This document shows positions 8,600-19,433 of a DNA stretch of 64,000 nucleotides, one piece after another; the stretch's first letter is position 1; every line of letters starts with the position of its first letter. The translations under genes and the position numbers were made by a program. The notes beneath the pieces are model-generated. The model did no database searches and was not told the origin of the DNA. It worked only from the letters and a program-made list of their open reading frames with translations. The stretch is from assembly GCA_963804955.1 (NCBI GenBank), contig CAWDSQ010000010.1, positions 8,570 through 72,569 of the forward strand, in the 5' to 3' direction. The stretch comes from an uncultured delta proteobacterium. GTDB taxonomy: Bacteria; Desulfobacterota; WTBG01; CAIYCZ01; CAIRTM01.

Positions 8600-9819
8600 A
8601 TGAAAAAATTAGTGGCTCTGATGGTTCTGTGCGGTTTCATGGCAGCGGGCAGCGCGGCAGCCGACGACGGCGAGATCAAGTGGGACACCGTGCCCGATGA
8701 GACCAAAACAGCGCTCTATGAAGCGCAGCAGGATATGAACGGCGGCAAGATGGATAAAGCGCTGAGCGACCTTCTGAAATTTCAGCAGAAGCGTCCAAAT
8801 ACAACCATTTTCTGGTCGAGTTCAATATCGGCACGCTCTATGGCCTGCAGAAGCAGCCGGATAAGGCAATTGCGCATCTGGAAAAAGCCGTGGAGATGGA
8901 AAAATCCTACAGCCCCATCTGGATGAACCTCGGCAAGCTGTACTACCAGCTGCAGGCTTTCGACAAGGCAGGGGCCGCGCTGGAGCAGTCGTTCCGGTGC
9001 AGCGTTCAGCAGGAAACCGACATACTCTACATGGCCATGGCGTCCTATTACCAGGCCGGCGATCTGCCAAAGGCCACGGCCCTGGGCGAGGAGCTGGTGC
9101 AGGTATTCCGCCGCGACAGCCCTGAAATCGTGAGCCTGCTTGCGGGCATTTATATACAGACCGGCAATTTCGGCAGCGCCGTTACCATGCTGGAAACGCT
9201 GCTTGAGAAAACCCCCTCCGATGACAAGCTTTGGAAAATGCTGGCCCAGGCGCATTTCAAGAACCAGAAATACCGCGAGGCGGCCATAGCCTATGAAACC
9301 TTCGGATATCTCAGGGAGCTGGGCCGCGATGAACTGATAGTCATGGGCGACCTGTACACCATGGTGGGCGTGCCCCTGCGGGCCGCGCAATACTATGAGC
9401 TGGCCCTGCAAAACGGCGGCACTGCCGATGAACAGGAAAAGCTGTCGGTTGCCTACTACTGCGCCTATGAATTCGACAAGGCATCCGCTGCCGTCGATGG
9501 CGCCCTTAAGGAAAAGCCAACGGTGGAGCGGATGCTGTTGAAGGCGCAGCTGTGCTACCTGCAGGAGCGTTTTGTGGAAGCCCAGCAGCATTATGTGAAA
9601 GCGGCGGAGGCCATGTCCAAGGACGGCCATGAATGGCTTATGGCGGGCTACTGCGCCCTGCGCGGCGGCAATACCAGCCGCGCCCGCGAGCTTTTAAGCA
9701 AGGCCGCCGAATTTCCGACGCAGCGCCAGGATGCTCTTGCCATGCTCAAGGCGCTGCAGCCGGCCGATGATTTTAAAAAGGCGATGCAGGAATTAAAGGA
9801 AGCGCAGCAGCTGCTGTAG
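8600..9819 (+). CDS. Secreted TPR-repeat protein (TtpD-like); frameshift near 8795
   Basis: AGGAGG RBS, signal peptide, helical TPR-like repeats across two ORFs; last gene of the tonB cluster. Confidence 0.8.
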
Positions 9820-9853
9820 GGTTCTCAAAAACTGATATGCAGGGTGGACGAAC

Positions 9854-12732
9854 GTGACGCTGAAACAGAAGATGGAACCCCGGAGGCAGTGGCTGCACAG
9901 GCGCCTGGTGAGAGCCTGCACAGGCATGTGCCTGCTTGCCGTGCTGTGTTTGTTTGTCCGTGATGCCTCAGCCCAGGCGGCAGGCGGCATTCGCGGCACG
10001 GTGACCGATGCCGCGAAAAAACCCCTTGCCGAGGTTGGCGTGGAGATATCGGAAGTATCGGGTAAACCAGTGCAGGGCGGGTTCGTGCTCACCGGCCGCG
10101 ACGGCGGCTTCGTGCTGCAGGTGCCCCCAGGAGCCTATGACCTTAAAGTAACCGCTCCTGGCCATGAGCCCAGAACATTCAAGGGATTGAACGTGAAAGC
10201 AGGTGGATTTACCGAGCAGCAGGTAACGCTTTCGGGCTCGACCGTGCAGATAGATGAAATGAAGGTTGTGGGAAAGCCCCGGCAGGCCAGCGATTTTACC
10301 CAGATGATGAAGCGGCAGGCAGCCGCGGGCATTATGGACAATATTGCCGCCGATACCATTAAGAAAATTCCCGAGTCCGATGTGGCGGGCATTCTCACGC
10401 GCATGCCCGGCGTGGTTATATCCGAGGGTAAATACATGCAGGCCCGGGGCATGACCAAGCGCTATAACAATACCATCCTCAACGGCGCCGTGGTGCCGAC
10501 GACGCGGCCCAATGAAAAGCTCACGCCCCTTGATCTTTTTCCGGGCGGCGTTGTCGATTCCATCAGCGTTGCCAAGACCTTTACGCCCGACCTGCCGGGA
10601 AATTTTTCCGGGGGCCTGTGCCAGATAAAAACCAAGGCCCTGCCCGACGGCCCGCAGGTGAAGCTGGGCTATACGGCCAAATACAATACCGAGACAACGG
10701 GCGAGGATTATCTGACCTACAATGGCGGCGGCAAAGACTGGGCCGGCTATGACGACGGCACGCGCAAGCTCCCCCATATCATTCCCGGAATAAAAATAGG
10801 GAACACTGACAAGGACACGGCCGGCTCCGTGGGCGTCAGCGCACGAGAGCGCGAAAAATTAGGCGAATCGTTCGACAATACCTGGAACACGCACAGGCGC
10901 AATGCGCATCTGCAGTCCGACTATGAGTTTACCGCCGGCGACCGCATGGGCAAGTTCGGCCTGGTCATGTCAACCTATTATAAAAGCGACATCAAGAACT
11001 ATATTGATGAAGAAAGAACCTATTACGCGTATGCCCCGGCTTCCCCCGGCGGCCAAGATCCTGCCCTCAGCTATGATTTTGAGCGATCGCGACTAATCAT
11101 CAAGGAAGGCGGCCTGCTCAACTTCGGCTATGAATTCAGCGCCGACCATAAAATGTATTTCACTAATTTTTACAACCGCAACACCACTGACGAGGCCCGC
11201 ATCGCCCTGTCGACGTACCACACCGACGACGCAAGCTATTACAAGACGACGAAACTGCGCTATATCGAGGAGGAATTCTACTCGGGCGGCGTGGCGGGCG
11301 ACCATAGGTTTGACGAGCTTTTAAAAAGCCGTGTCAAGTGGCGCTATAATTTTTCCCTGGCCCGGATGAATGATCCCGACCAGCGGTCGAATACGTATGA
11401 ATTTGTTAGAGATATTAATGGAAATCCTACGGGGGAGTACATTCTGTCATCAAAAAAGGCCGAGGCTCTGCTGCGGCAGTTCTCCGAACAGGATGAGGAC
11501 ATGGATGATCTGGCTGTTGACTGGTCTTTGGAAGCGCCGAGCCCCTGGTCATGGCTGGAGCCCAAATTTCAGTTCGGCGCCGCCTACACAAAGCGCGACC
11601 GCGATTTCTATATGCGCCGGTTCGCCTTCGGTACTAGTAAGTCTCGACAGGTACAAATTTGATTTGACGCAGGACCCCGAAACCCTGCTGCAGCCCCAGA
11701 ACATCAACCAGCAGGGATTTTATCTGCAGGAAACAACTCTCCCCAATGATACCTATACAGCCGGGGAAAGGCTGGCGGCAGGCTATGCCATGCTCGACTT
11801 CACCTTTTTTGAGCAGGTCCAGCTGCTGGGCGGCGTGCGCCTCGAGCGCGACAAGACCAGTCTCGACTCCATAAGTCTGTTTGATCCTAATAAAAGACAT
11901 CAACACCACGCTCATTGACAATACCTGGGAGCCTTCGGTGAACCTGAAGTACAGCCCCTGTTAAAGACATGAATTTCCGGCTGGGGTTCAGCCGCACGGT
12001 CTCGCGGCCCGAGTTCCACGAGCTTGCGCCCTTTCTATTCTACCGATGTCGTCGGCGGCTACGGCATGAAGGGCAACCCGGACCTGCAGGTCGCGAAAAT
12101 CAAGAATTACGACTTTCGCTGGGAATGGTTTATCAACCGGCAGGACATTCTTGCCGTGAGCCTGTTCTATAAAGACATCACCAATGCCATAGAGCCCAGT
12201 AATTCTAGAACGAAGAATGGGGTCCATAACTACACCAATGCCGATGACGCCTGGCTCAAGGGCGTGGAGTTTGAGGTGCGCAAAAACCTGGGCTTTGCCT
12301 GGTCGGGAGTGCGGCACTGGACCATTACCGGCAATTATGTCTATGCCGAATCGGAATCAACCATTCGGCGAACATACCTCGAATTTCATCCCCTTAACAG
12401 ACAAGCGGCCCCTTGTGGGGCAGCCGGAAAACATGGTGAACCTGGCCCTTGAGTACGATAACCCCGACTGGGGCTTCACTGCCCGCTTCATGTATCAGTA
12501 CACTGACGAGCGCGTGGATCAAATCGCCGGCAATGATCTGCCCAATATTATTGAAAAAGAGCATGACCGGTTTGACCTGGTGCTTATCAAAACCTTCGGC
12601 AAGCACTGGGACGTGAAATTTACCGCGCAGAATCTCAATAATGAGCCTTACACCGTGACGCAGGGCGGCCAGATTTATCATACCTACAAGGTAGGCCGGA
12701 CCTTCAAGCTGGGAGTTTCCTGGAAATGGTAG
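9854..12732 (+). CDS. TonB-dependent receptor with N-terminal carboxypeptidase-regulatory-like domain; several frameshifts (about 11640, 11900-11960, 12370)
   Basis: GIRGTVTDA domain, plug motifs (LTRMPGVVI, ARGMTKRYN, LDLFP, KTFTPDLPGNFSGG), barrel motifs SRTVSRPEFHELAPF and NLNN, C-terminal LGVSWKW. Confidence 0.9.
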
Positions 12733-12759
12733 CAAAAACAAAACACTGTGTAGGGCTAT

Positions 12760-12944
12760 GGGTATCTCCCAAGCTGAAGCTCTATGAGGCAGCCGGGAGA
12801 AATCCCGGGCTGAAGTAAAAACAAGGGCGTTAAGAGTTCTCATCCCGCTTCCAGCGGGATTCGAAATGACAGCAAGGGCAATTACGACGCAGTCTCAAAA
12901 GCAGGTATCCAGAAATCAGTATTACTGCAGCTTTGTGGATGACC
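12760..12944. mobile_element. MITE-like element, family A, copy 2
   Basis: Ends GGGTATCTCCCAAGCTGAAG / CTGCAGCTTTGTGGATGACC. Shares the internal CATCCCGC...GCGGGATTCGAAATGACAGCAAG block with copy 1. Confidence 0.5.
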
Positions 12945-12970
12945 GGATAATTTTAATAGAATACAAAAAA

Positions 12971-13013
12971 TTAATTCAATGTTAACGCAAAATTAAAATG
13001 CAAATGGTACTGT
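12971..13013 (+). promoter_or_regulatory. Pho-box-like promoter
   Basis: TTAAT 12971, TTAAC 12982, TTAAA 12993; -10 TACTGT at 13008. Confidence 0.7.
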
Positions 13014-13072
13014 TTATCAGAATAGAGGGCTATGCTGCTTGACTGGACTTACCCCTTTACATTGTTTTTTAT

Positions 13073-13237
13073 GGGTATCCACAAAGCTGAACCTGCCGGC
13101 AGGTTCAGCATGTATACACCAAATGGATTCCCGCCTGCGCGGGCATGACAAGATTTTTTAGTCTGTTGCGTTGCAAACTAACATCCCCCCGAAAGCGGGG
13201 CTACAGACACTGATGCGGTTCAGCTTTGTGGATAACC
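13073..13237. mobile_element. MITE-like element, family A, copy 3
   Basis: TIRs GGGTATCCACAAAGCTGAAC / GTTCAGCTTTGTGGATAACC (19/20 match). Contains the REP-like GGATTCCCGCCTGCGCGGGCATGAC. Confidence 0.6.
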
Positions 13238-13338
13238 AGATTGTAGAGAAAGGAGGTGCCGGAGCAAACCAAAAACATGAGAAAAAAAAGCTATCGGGCC
13301 TATTCAAACAACAACGGACACAAAAAGGGAGATATATC

Positions 13339-14930
13339 ATGAAAAAAATATTGAGCGCTATAGCGCTGGCCGCCATGCTGATAACGGCGGCAAACAGTCA
13401 TGCCCAGACGGTCGTGCAGGGACAGATTACCAGCAACACCACCTGGAGCAGCGATGTGCTGATCAGAGGTCCTCTGTTCGTGCGCAGCGGCGCCACCCTG
13501 ACGGTTACGGCAGGCACCACGGTTTACGGCGAAAAGGCTACTCTTGCAGCTCTTATTATCGACCGGGGCGCAAAATTGAATGCCGTCGGCACGATGGACA
13601 ACCCGGTTCTCTTCACCAGCGACCAGCCTGCGGGTACGCAGGAACGCGCCGACTGGGGCGGACTCATCATCAACGGCTACTCAACCCTGAACGTACCCGG
13701 CGGCACGAAATCGGGCGAAGGCGACACCGGCATTTTCGGCTGCACGCCTGGCGTTAACTGCAATGAGGCCGACAACAGCGGCACCCTGCAGTATGTGCGC
13801 GTGGAGTACGGCGGAATACAGTTCACCCCCGATAACGAGCTCAACGGCATCGCCTTCCAGGGCGTGGGCTCCGGCACCACCGTTGACCATGTGCAGGTGC
13901 ATATGAGCAAGGATGACTGCCTCGAGTTTTTCGGCGGTACGGTCAGCGTGAAATACGCGATCATGAGCGCCTGCGGCGACGACTCTCTTGACTGGACCGA
14001 CGGCTGGCGCGGCAATGGCCAGTTTCTGGTGGTGCAGCAGAAGGGCGACGAGGCTGACGCCGGCATCGAGGCCGATAACTATGAGTTTGGACACGACAAC
14101 CTGCCCCGCTCCAACCCCACGCTGTACAATTTGACCGTTGTGGGCGATCCGTGCCATCGGATCAACGAGCACCCGGGGCATGCGCCCCCGCCGCGGCACC
14201 GCGGGCAAGATTCGCAATGCCATCGTCATGGGCTTTGCCACGAATTCAGGCTGCGATATCGATGATGCCGCGACCTTCACTCAGGCAACAGCCGGCAACC
14301 TGGTCATCGACAATAATATTTTCTATAATAACCTCGAGAAGCTTTGCCACCGACAGCGAAGCCTTTCTGGGCACGACCATGCAGAACAATGAGACAGTAA
14401 ATCCCCTGCTGGGCGCACCCTACAACCTGACAGCTCCGGATTTCCGCCCGGCTGCAGGTTCACCGGCCATTACCGGCGCCGTGCCGGTTGCCGCTCCTCC
14501 GGCGGGCAACAGCTATATCATCGCCACCGATTATATCGGCGCGGTTGATCCCGACAGTGACTGGACACGGGCTGCCTGGACCAGCTATGGCACGGCTGCC
14601 TGGTCCCCTGATGATGCAGACGATGACGGCATTTCGAATAGCGTTGACAACTGCCCGACTTCCTACAATCCCCAGCAGCGTGATGCCGACACTGACGGCG
14701 TAGGCGACGTGTGCGATACCACCCCGGGCTGCGGCGGCTGCGGCGAGGCTGCCTGTGAGGATGTTGATGCAGACAACGACGGTATTATTAATAATGTTGA
14801 TAACTGCCCGAGCACGTGCAATGCTCAGCAGCGTGATGCTGATCTGGACGGAATAGGCGACGTGTGCGATACCACGCCCGGCTGCGGCGGCTGCGGCCAG
14901 GCTGCCTGCGAGACGGTCTGTACGCTGTAA
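13339..14930 (+). CDS. Secreted protein A: probable beta-helix domain plus two thrombospondin-type-3-like/GCGGCG modules; frameshifts near 14150 and 14335
   Basis: Signal peptide; PVLFTSDQ, DWGGLII, SGTLQYVRVEYGG, DDCLEFFGGTV and DDSLDWTDGWRG motifs; C-terminal DNCP...[21 protein letters not shown] twice. Confidence 0.8.
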
Positions 14931-14952
14931 TAAACAACGTACATAACAAATA

Positions 14953-14987
14953 AGGATTGAGCTGACCTGCAAGGTCAGCTCAATCCT
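14953..14987. repeat. Perfect 16-bp inverted repeat between paralogs A and B
   Basis: AGGATTGAGCTGACCT-GCA-AGGTCAGCTCAATCCT, with no plus-strand U-tract. Confidence 0.8.
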
Positions 14988-15013
14988 AAATTTATCGAAG
15001 GAGGAAAAGTATC

Positions 15014-16896
15014 ATGAAAAAAATATTGAGCGCCATAGCGATGGCCGCCATGCTGATAACGGCGGCAAACAGCCATGCCCAGACGGTCGTGCAGGGACGA
15101 GATTACCAGCAACACCACCTGGAGCAGCGATGTGCTGATCAGAGGACCTCTGTTCGTGCGCAGCGGCGCCACCCTGACGGTTACGGCAGGCACCACGGTT
15201 TACGGCGAAAAGGCTACTCTTGCAGCTCTTATTATCGACCGCGGCGCAAAACTGAATGCCATCGGCACCAAGGACAGCCCGGTTCTCTTCACCAGCGATC
15301 AACCTGCGGGTACGCAGCAACGCGCCGACTGGGGCGGAATCATCATCAACGGCTACTCAACCCTGAACGTACCCGGCGGCACGAAAACGGGCGAAGGCGA
15401 CACCGGCGTCTTCGGCTGCACGGCCGGCGTTGACTGCAATGAGGCCGACAACAGCGGCACGCTCCAGTTTGTGCGCGTGGAGTACGGCGGCATTCAGTTC
15501 ACCCCCGATAACGAGCTCAACGGCATCGCCTTTCAGGCCGTGGGCTCCGGCACCACCGTTGACCATGTGCAGGTGCATATGAGCAAGGATGACTGTATCG
15601 AATTTTTCGGCGGCACGGTCAGCATGAAAAACGCCATTATGAGCGCCTGCGGCGACGATTCTCTTGACTGGACAGACGGCTGGCGCGGCAATGGCCAGTT
15701 TCTGGTGGTGCAGCAGAAGGGCGACGAGGCTGACCGCGGCATCGAGGCCGATAACTATGAGTTTGGACACGACAACCTGCCCCGCTCCAACCCCACGCTG
15801 TACAATTTGACCATTGTGGGCGATCCGGCCACCGGATCAACGAGCAACCGGGGCATGACCATCCGCCGCGGCACCGCGGGTAACATCCGCAATTCCATCA
15901 TCATGGGCTTTGCCACGAATGCAGGCTGCGATATCGATGATGACGCGACCTTCACTCAGGCAACAGCCGGCAACCTGGTCATCGACAATAATATTTTCTA
16001 CAACAATCTCAGGAGCTTTGCCACCGATTCCGAGGCATTCCTGGGCACGACCATGCAGCACAATGAGACCCGCAACCCGCTGCTGGGCCTGCCCTATGAC
16101 CAGTCGGCCCCGGATTTCCGCCCGGATGCAGATTCACCCGCCCTGGACAACGACACGGTTCCGGTTGCCGCTCCTCCGGCGGGCAACAGCTATATCATCT
16201 CCACCGATTATATCGGCGCTGTTGATCCCGATAATGACTGGACACGGGCTGCCTGGACAACCTATGGCGAGGCTGCCTGGACTCCTGACGACTGCACCGA
16301 TGCCGACGAAGACGGCTACTCTATAGAAGGCGGCGACTGCGGCGCGGTTGACTGCAATGACGGTAATGCCGCCATCAACCCCGGCGCAAACGAAACCTGT
16401 GAAGACGGTGTGGACAATGACTGCGACGGCCAGGTTGATGAAGGTTGCGACAACTGTACCGACGCCGACAATGACACCTATGCCGTTGAAGGCGGCGACT
16501 GCGGCCAGGTTGACTGCAATGACGGTAATGCCGCCATCAACCCAGGCGCAAACGAAACCTGTGAAGACGGTGTGGACAATGACTGCGACGGCCAGGTTGA
16601 TGAAGGGTGCGACAACGCGACAGAGTGCGTCCTGACCGTGCGGCCGGCTACGGTATACAAATTCCTGAGCTGGGTTTTCCCGCTCAGGTTATATTCGCTG
16701 CAGGGCGACGGCAATGCGGTACTCACCTCTGACGACGAACTCGACTGGGGAACTCCGGGGATCACAACATTGAGCGCCCGGGTTACCGGCGCAGCGCGCT
16801 ATCAGGGGCATTATTTTTGTGCGGCCACGGCTTATTGAAGCAGGAACATATGATGTGACGGTAGGCAACTGCGCCGGCACGATCGAAATAAAATAA
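15014..16896 (+). CDS. Secreted protein B: paralog of A with two MopE-like Cys/Asp repeats and a C-terminal beta domain; frameshifts near 15098 and 16795
   Basis: GGAGG RBS; N-terminal ~420 aa very similar to A; DCNDGNAAINPGANETCEDGVDNDCDGQVDEGC twice; corrected end ...YDVTVGNCAGTIEIK with stop at 16896. Confidence 0.8.
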
Positions 16897-16969
16897 GGCT
16901 TTTCCGCTTGCATTGGATGCGGGCTCTGCCTGCATCCAATGCAAGCGGAGTTATTCTGAAAGAATTCTC

Positions 16970-17536
16970 ATGAAGAAGCACTGTTATCAGCAATCAAAAA
17001 AACCGTCCGCCAGACTCCTGTGCACTACTGCCGCCCTCGGCGTTCTGCTGCTGTTCTGCCTTGGCCTTCTGCAGGGCTGCTCTTTCTTCGGAAGCGAGCC
17101 GGACGCGAAAGGCTGGTTCGGCTCCGCCGACGAGCTTGCCCGGGGCGTTGCGCAGGCGCTTGCCGCAAATGACCGGGAGGCGCTTGACCGCTTCCGCATC
17201 AGCCGGGATGAATACATGGCCATTGTGTGGCCCGAGCTGCCGGTCAGCAAAATTGAGCAGTGGAAAAGCCAGTCGGGGTTTGTCTGGTCGCAGCATGCCG
17301 CAAAATCAGACGCGGGTCTGCGTATGATCCTCGGCCTCTTCGGTGGCAAAACTCTCACGATACGGTCCGTCACATGCAAATCGCCGGCGAAGGAATATGC
17401 CACGTTCAAACTGCATGTGCGGCCTGTGGTAGAGGTTGTAGACCAGTCCGGCGCCAAACAGGCTGATCCCGTGCTCGGTACAATTATAGAACGTTCCGGC
17501 CGTTTCAAGGTTTTCAGCTATTCCATCAAAAATTAG
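16970..17536 (+). CDS. Hypothetical lipoprotein
   Basis: Basic N-terminus, hydrophobic stretch, lipobox LLQG-C. Confidence 0.7.
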   Translation: MKKHCYQQSKKPSARLLCTTAALGVLLLFCLGLLQGCSFFGSEPDAKGWFGSADELARGVAQALAANDREALDRFRISRDEYMAIVWPELPVSKIEQWKSQSGFVWSQHAAKSDAGLRMILGLFGGKTLTIRSVTCKSPAKEYATFKLHVRPVVEVVDQSGAKQADPVLGTIIERSGRFKVFSYSIKN

Positions 17537-17549
17537 AAGGAGTTTTTAC

Positions 17550-18080
17550 ATGAAAAAATTTTTATCAGCATCTTATAGTATTTCCCTGGCGGGACTGATT
17601 ATGCTTTGCCTGGCGCTGCCGGCAACAGGGGCCGCTGCGGCCCGTGATGCGGGCTTCCTCGACAACAGCAGTGACAGCCCCAGACACTATGTTCTGCCGC
17701 TGTACCAGTTCGGGTATGAGGTTATAACCGAAGGCACGGCAAATTATACTATTGAACGCACTATGCGCAAAAATTTTCCGTTTGATATGGATATTACGGT
17801 TATTTACGCCTGGGGCTATACGGGAGATAACTTCAACATAAAGGTGACCGATCTCGGCGACAGGGGTGACCGGCTGTTTGCCTGCGCCATAGCAGTTTAC
17901 AACGGCAGAGCAACGACCGAGTGGGGCACCATGTACAGCTCCAGCAGCCAGAATTCTTTCGACGTAACCGTGCCCATGGAGTCGCCGGGGGGCTATATTT
18001 ATCTGCTGTCGGGATATTTTACACCCTCGCTGGGCGAGGAGCCCTTCAGCTACAGCATGACATTAGCGTTTCCGCGCTAG
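17550..18080 (+). CDS. Hypothetical secreted beta-rich protein
   Basis: AAGGAG RBS, signal peptide ending AAAA, mature region rich in aromatic residues and beta strands. Confidence 0.7.
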   Translation: MKKFLSASYSISLAGLIMLCLALPATGAAAARDAGFLDNSSDSPRHYVLPLYQFGYEVITEGTANYTIERTMRKNFPFDMDITVIYAWGYTGDNFNIKVTDLGDRGDRLFACAIAVYNGRATTEWGTMYSSSSQNSFDVTVPMESPGGYIYLLSGYFTPSLGEEPFSYSMTLAFPR

Positions 18081-18157
18081 TCCTTTGAGGCAGAGCGTGT
18101 ATGGGTTCAGCGTATGCAGAATCGTATCACAGGAAGAGCGGTAGCGCGATTGACGGT

Positions 18158-18851
18158 ATGATAAGCAGGCAGAAAAATATTGCACTGGTAGAAGATGACC
18201 CCGATATCGCCGAACTGATCATCCTGCATCTAAAAAAGAGCAGCTATGATGTTACTGCTTTCCCGGACGGCGCAAGCTTCCTGCATTTCCTGGAAACAGA
18301 GGTTCCCGCGCTTGTGCTGCTTGATCTGATGCTGCCGGATATCGATGGGCTTGAAATCTGCAAGATCATGCGCGATCGCGAAATGCTTGCCGCCGTGCCT
18401 ATCTTAATCGTCACGGCTAAAAGCCTGGAGATGGACAAGGTTCTCGGGCTTGAACTGGGAGCTGATGATTATCTGACCAAGCCGTTTTCTCCCAAGGAGC
18501 TTGTTGCGACGGGTCAGGGCGCTCTTGCGCCGGCAGGCGCCGGTGGATCAGCAGGCGCAGCGTATCGAGGTGGGCGGTGTTTTGACCCTTGATCTTGTCA
18601 GGCATGAGCTTACCGTTCGCGACCGGCGCGTCGAACTTACCTTCACGGAGTTTAAAATTCTTGAACTGCTTGCAGCAAAAAAAGGATGGGTGTTCAGCAG
18701 GGAGAAGATTTTAAACCATCTCTGGGGGGAGGGGAAAGCAGTCATTGACCGTACGATTGACGTTCATATACGGCACTTGCGCACAAAGCTGGGATCGGAT
18801 GCGCAGTTCATCAAAAACATCCGGGGCGTCGGGTACAAGGTGGAAGAATAG
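18158..18851 (+). CDS. phoB: OmpR/PhoB-family response regulator (frameshift near 18505)
   Basis: LVEDD, LLDLMLP, GADDYLTKPFS and recognition helix DRTIDVHIRHLRTKL; next to pst/phoU. The symbol is assigned from context. Confidence 0.75.
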
Positions 18852-18926
18852 CCGCCCTTCAGCACGGTTTGACAATAAGGAGGCTGTGGTCTGAAAACTC
18901 CGGCTTCACACATGCCTGCTGCAACC

Positions 18927-19184
18927 CTAACGGTTGGGCCTTCTGCTTTTTGCTGTTTCGGATTTCAGATATTTTTTTATCTGCCTTGCGGTATCGTTAT
19001 GATTTTTGCCGGCTGCAAAATTTTTTCGGTAATTTCCGTTTCGGGCGATAGTTTCGGCCGCCCTTGAATCAAGTTTCATAATTCCCCGTTTCAGCCAGGC
19101 CCCCGGATCAAAGGCCTGCACTGACTGCGCCGGTAGCACGAAGCATACTGCAACAATGAGTCCAAGAAAAAGTTTGCCTTTCAT
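18927..19184 (-). CDS. Small basic secreted hypothetical protein (85 aa)
   Basis: GGAGG RBS, signal peptide ending VQA, its own Pho-box-like promoter. Confidence 0.65.
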   Translation of the reverse strand: MKGKLFLGLIVAVCFVLPAQSVQAFDPGAWLKRGIMKLDSRAAETIARNGNYRKNFAAGKNHNDTARQIKKYLKSETAKSRRPNR

Positions 19185-19237
19185 AGCCTGCCTCCATCGC
19201 AATGTACAATCATCAGTTTTTCTGTTTCTCTGCAGGC

Positions 19238-19291
19238 AGTATGGCCTTAACGTATTAAGCGGATATAAAAATACGGTTAAGAATGTGTTAA
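19238..19291 (-). promoter_or_regulatory. Pho-box-like promoter
   Basis: Plus-strand ATTAA 19254, ATAAA 19265, GTTAA 19276, GTTAA 19287. Minus-strand -10 CATACT at 19243-19238. Confidence 0.7.
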
Positions 19292-19433
19292 ATCATCAGA
19301 TGGAAGGACTGGGTGTTGGAAATATACGGTCGCATTTAAGGGCTTAATAAAGAAACTAACACTGGGCTGGAGCGAGGCGCAGGCATCCGCAACAGCGGAT
19401 CGGGCAGACACGGGTCTGCCCATGTGAAAAACA

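Noticed and set aside
13339..16290. Near-identical A/B regions as a DGR template/variable pair or an assembly duplicate
   Set aside because: No reverse transcriptase in the window, differences are not adenine-specific, both copies are coding, and their C-termini differ.
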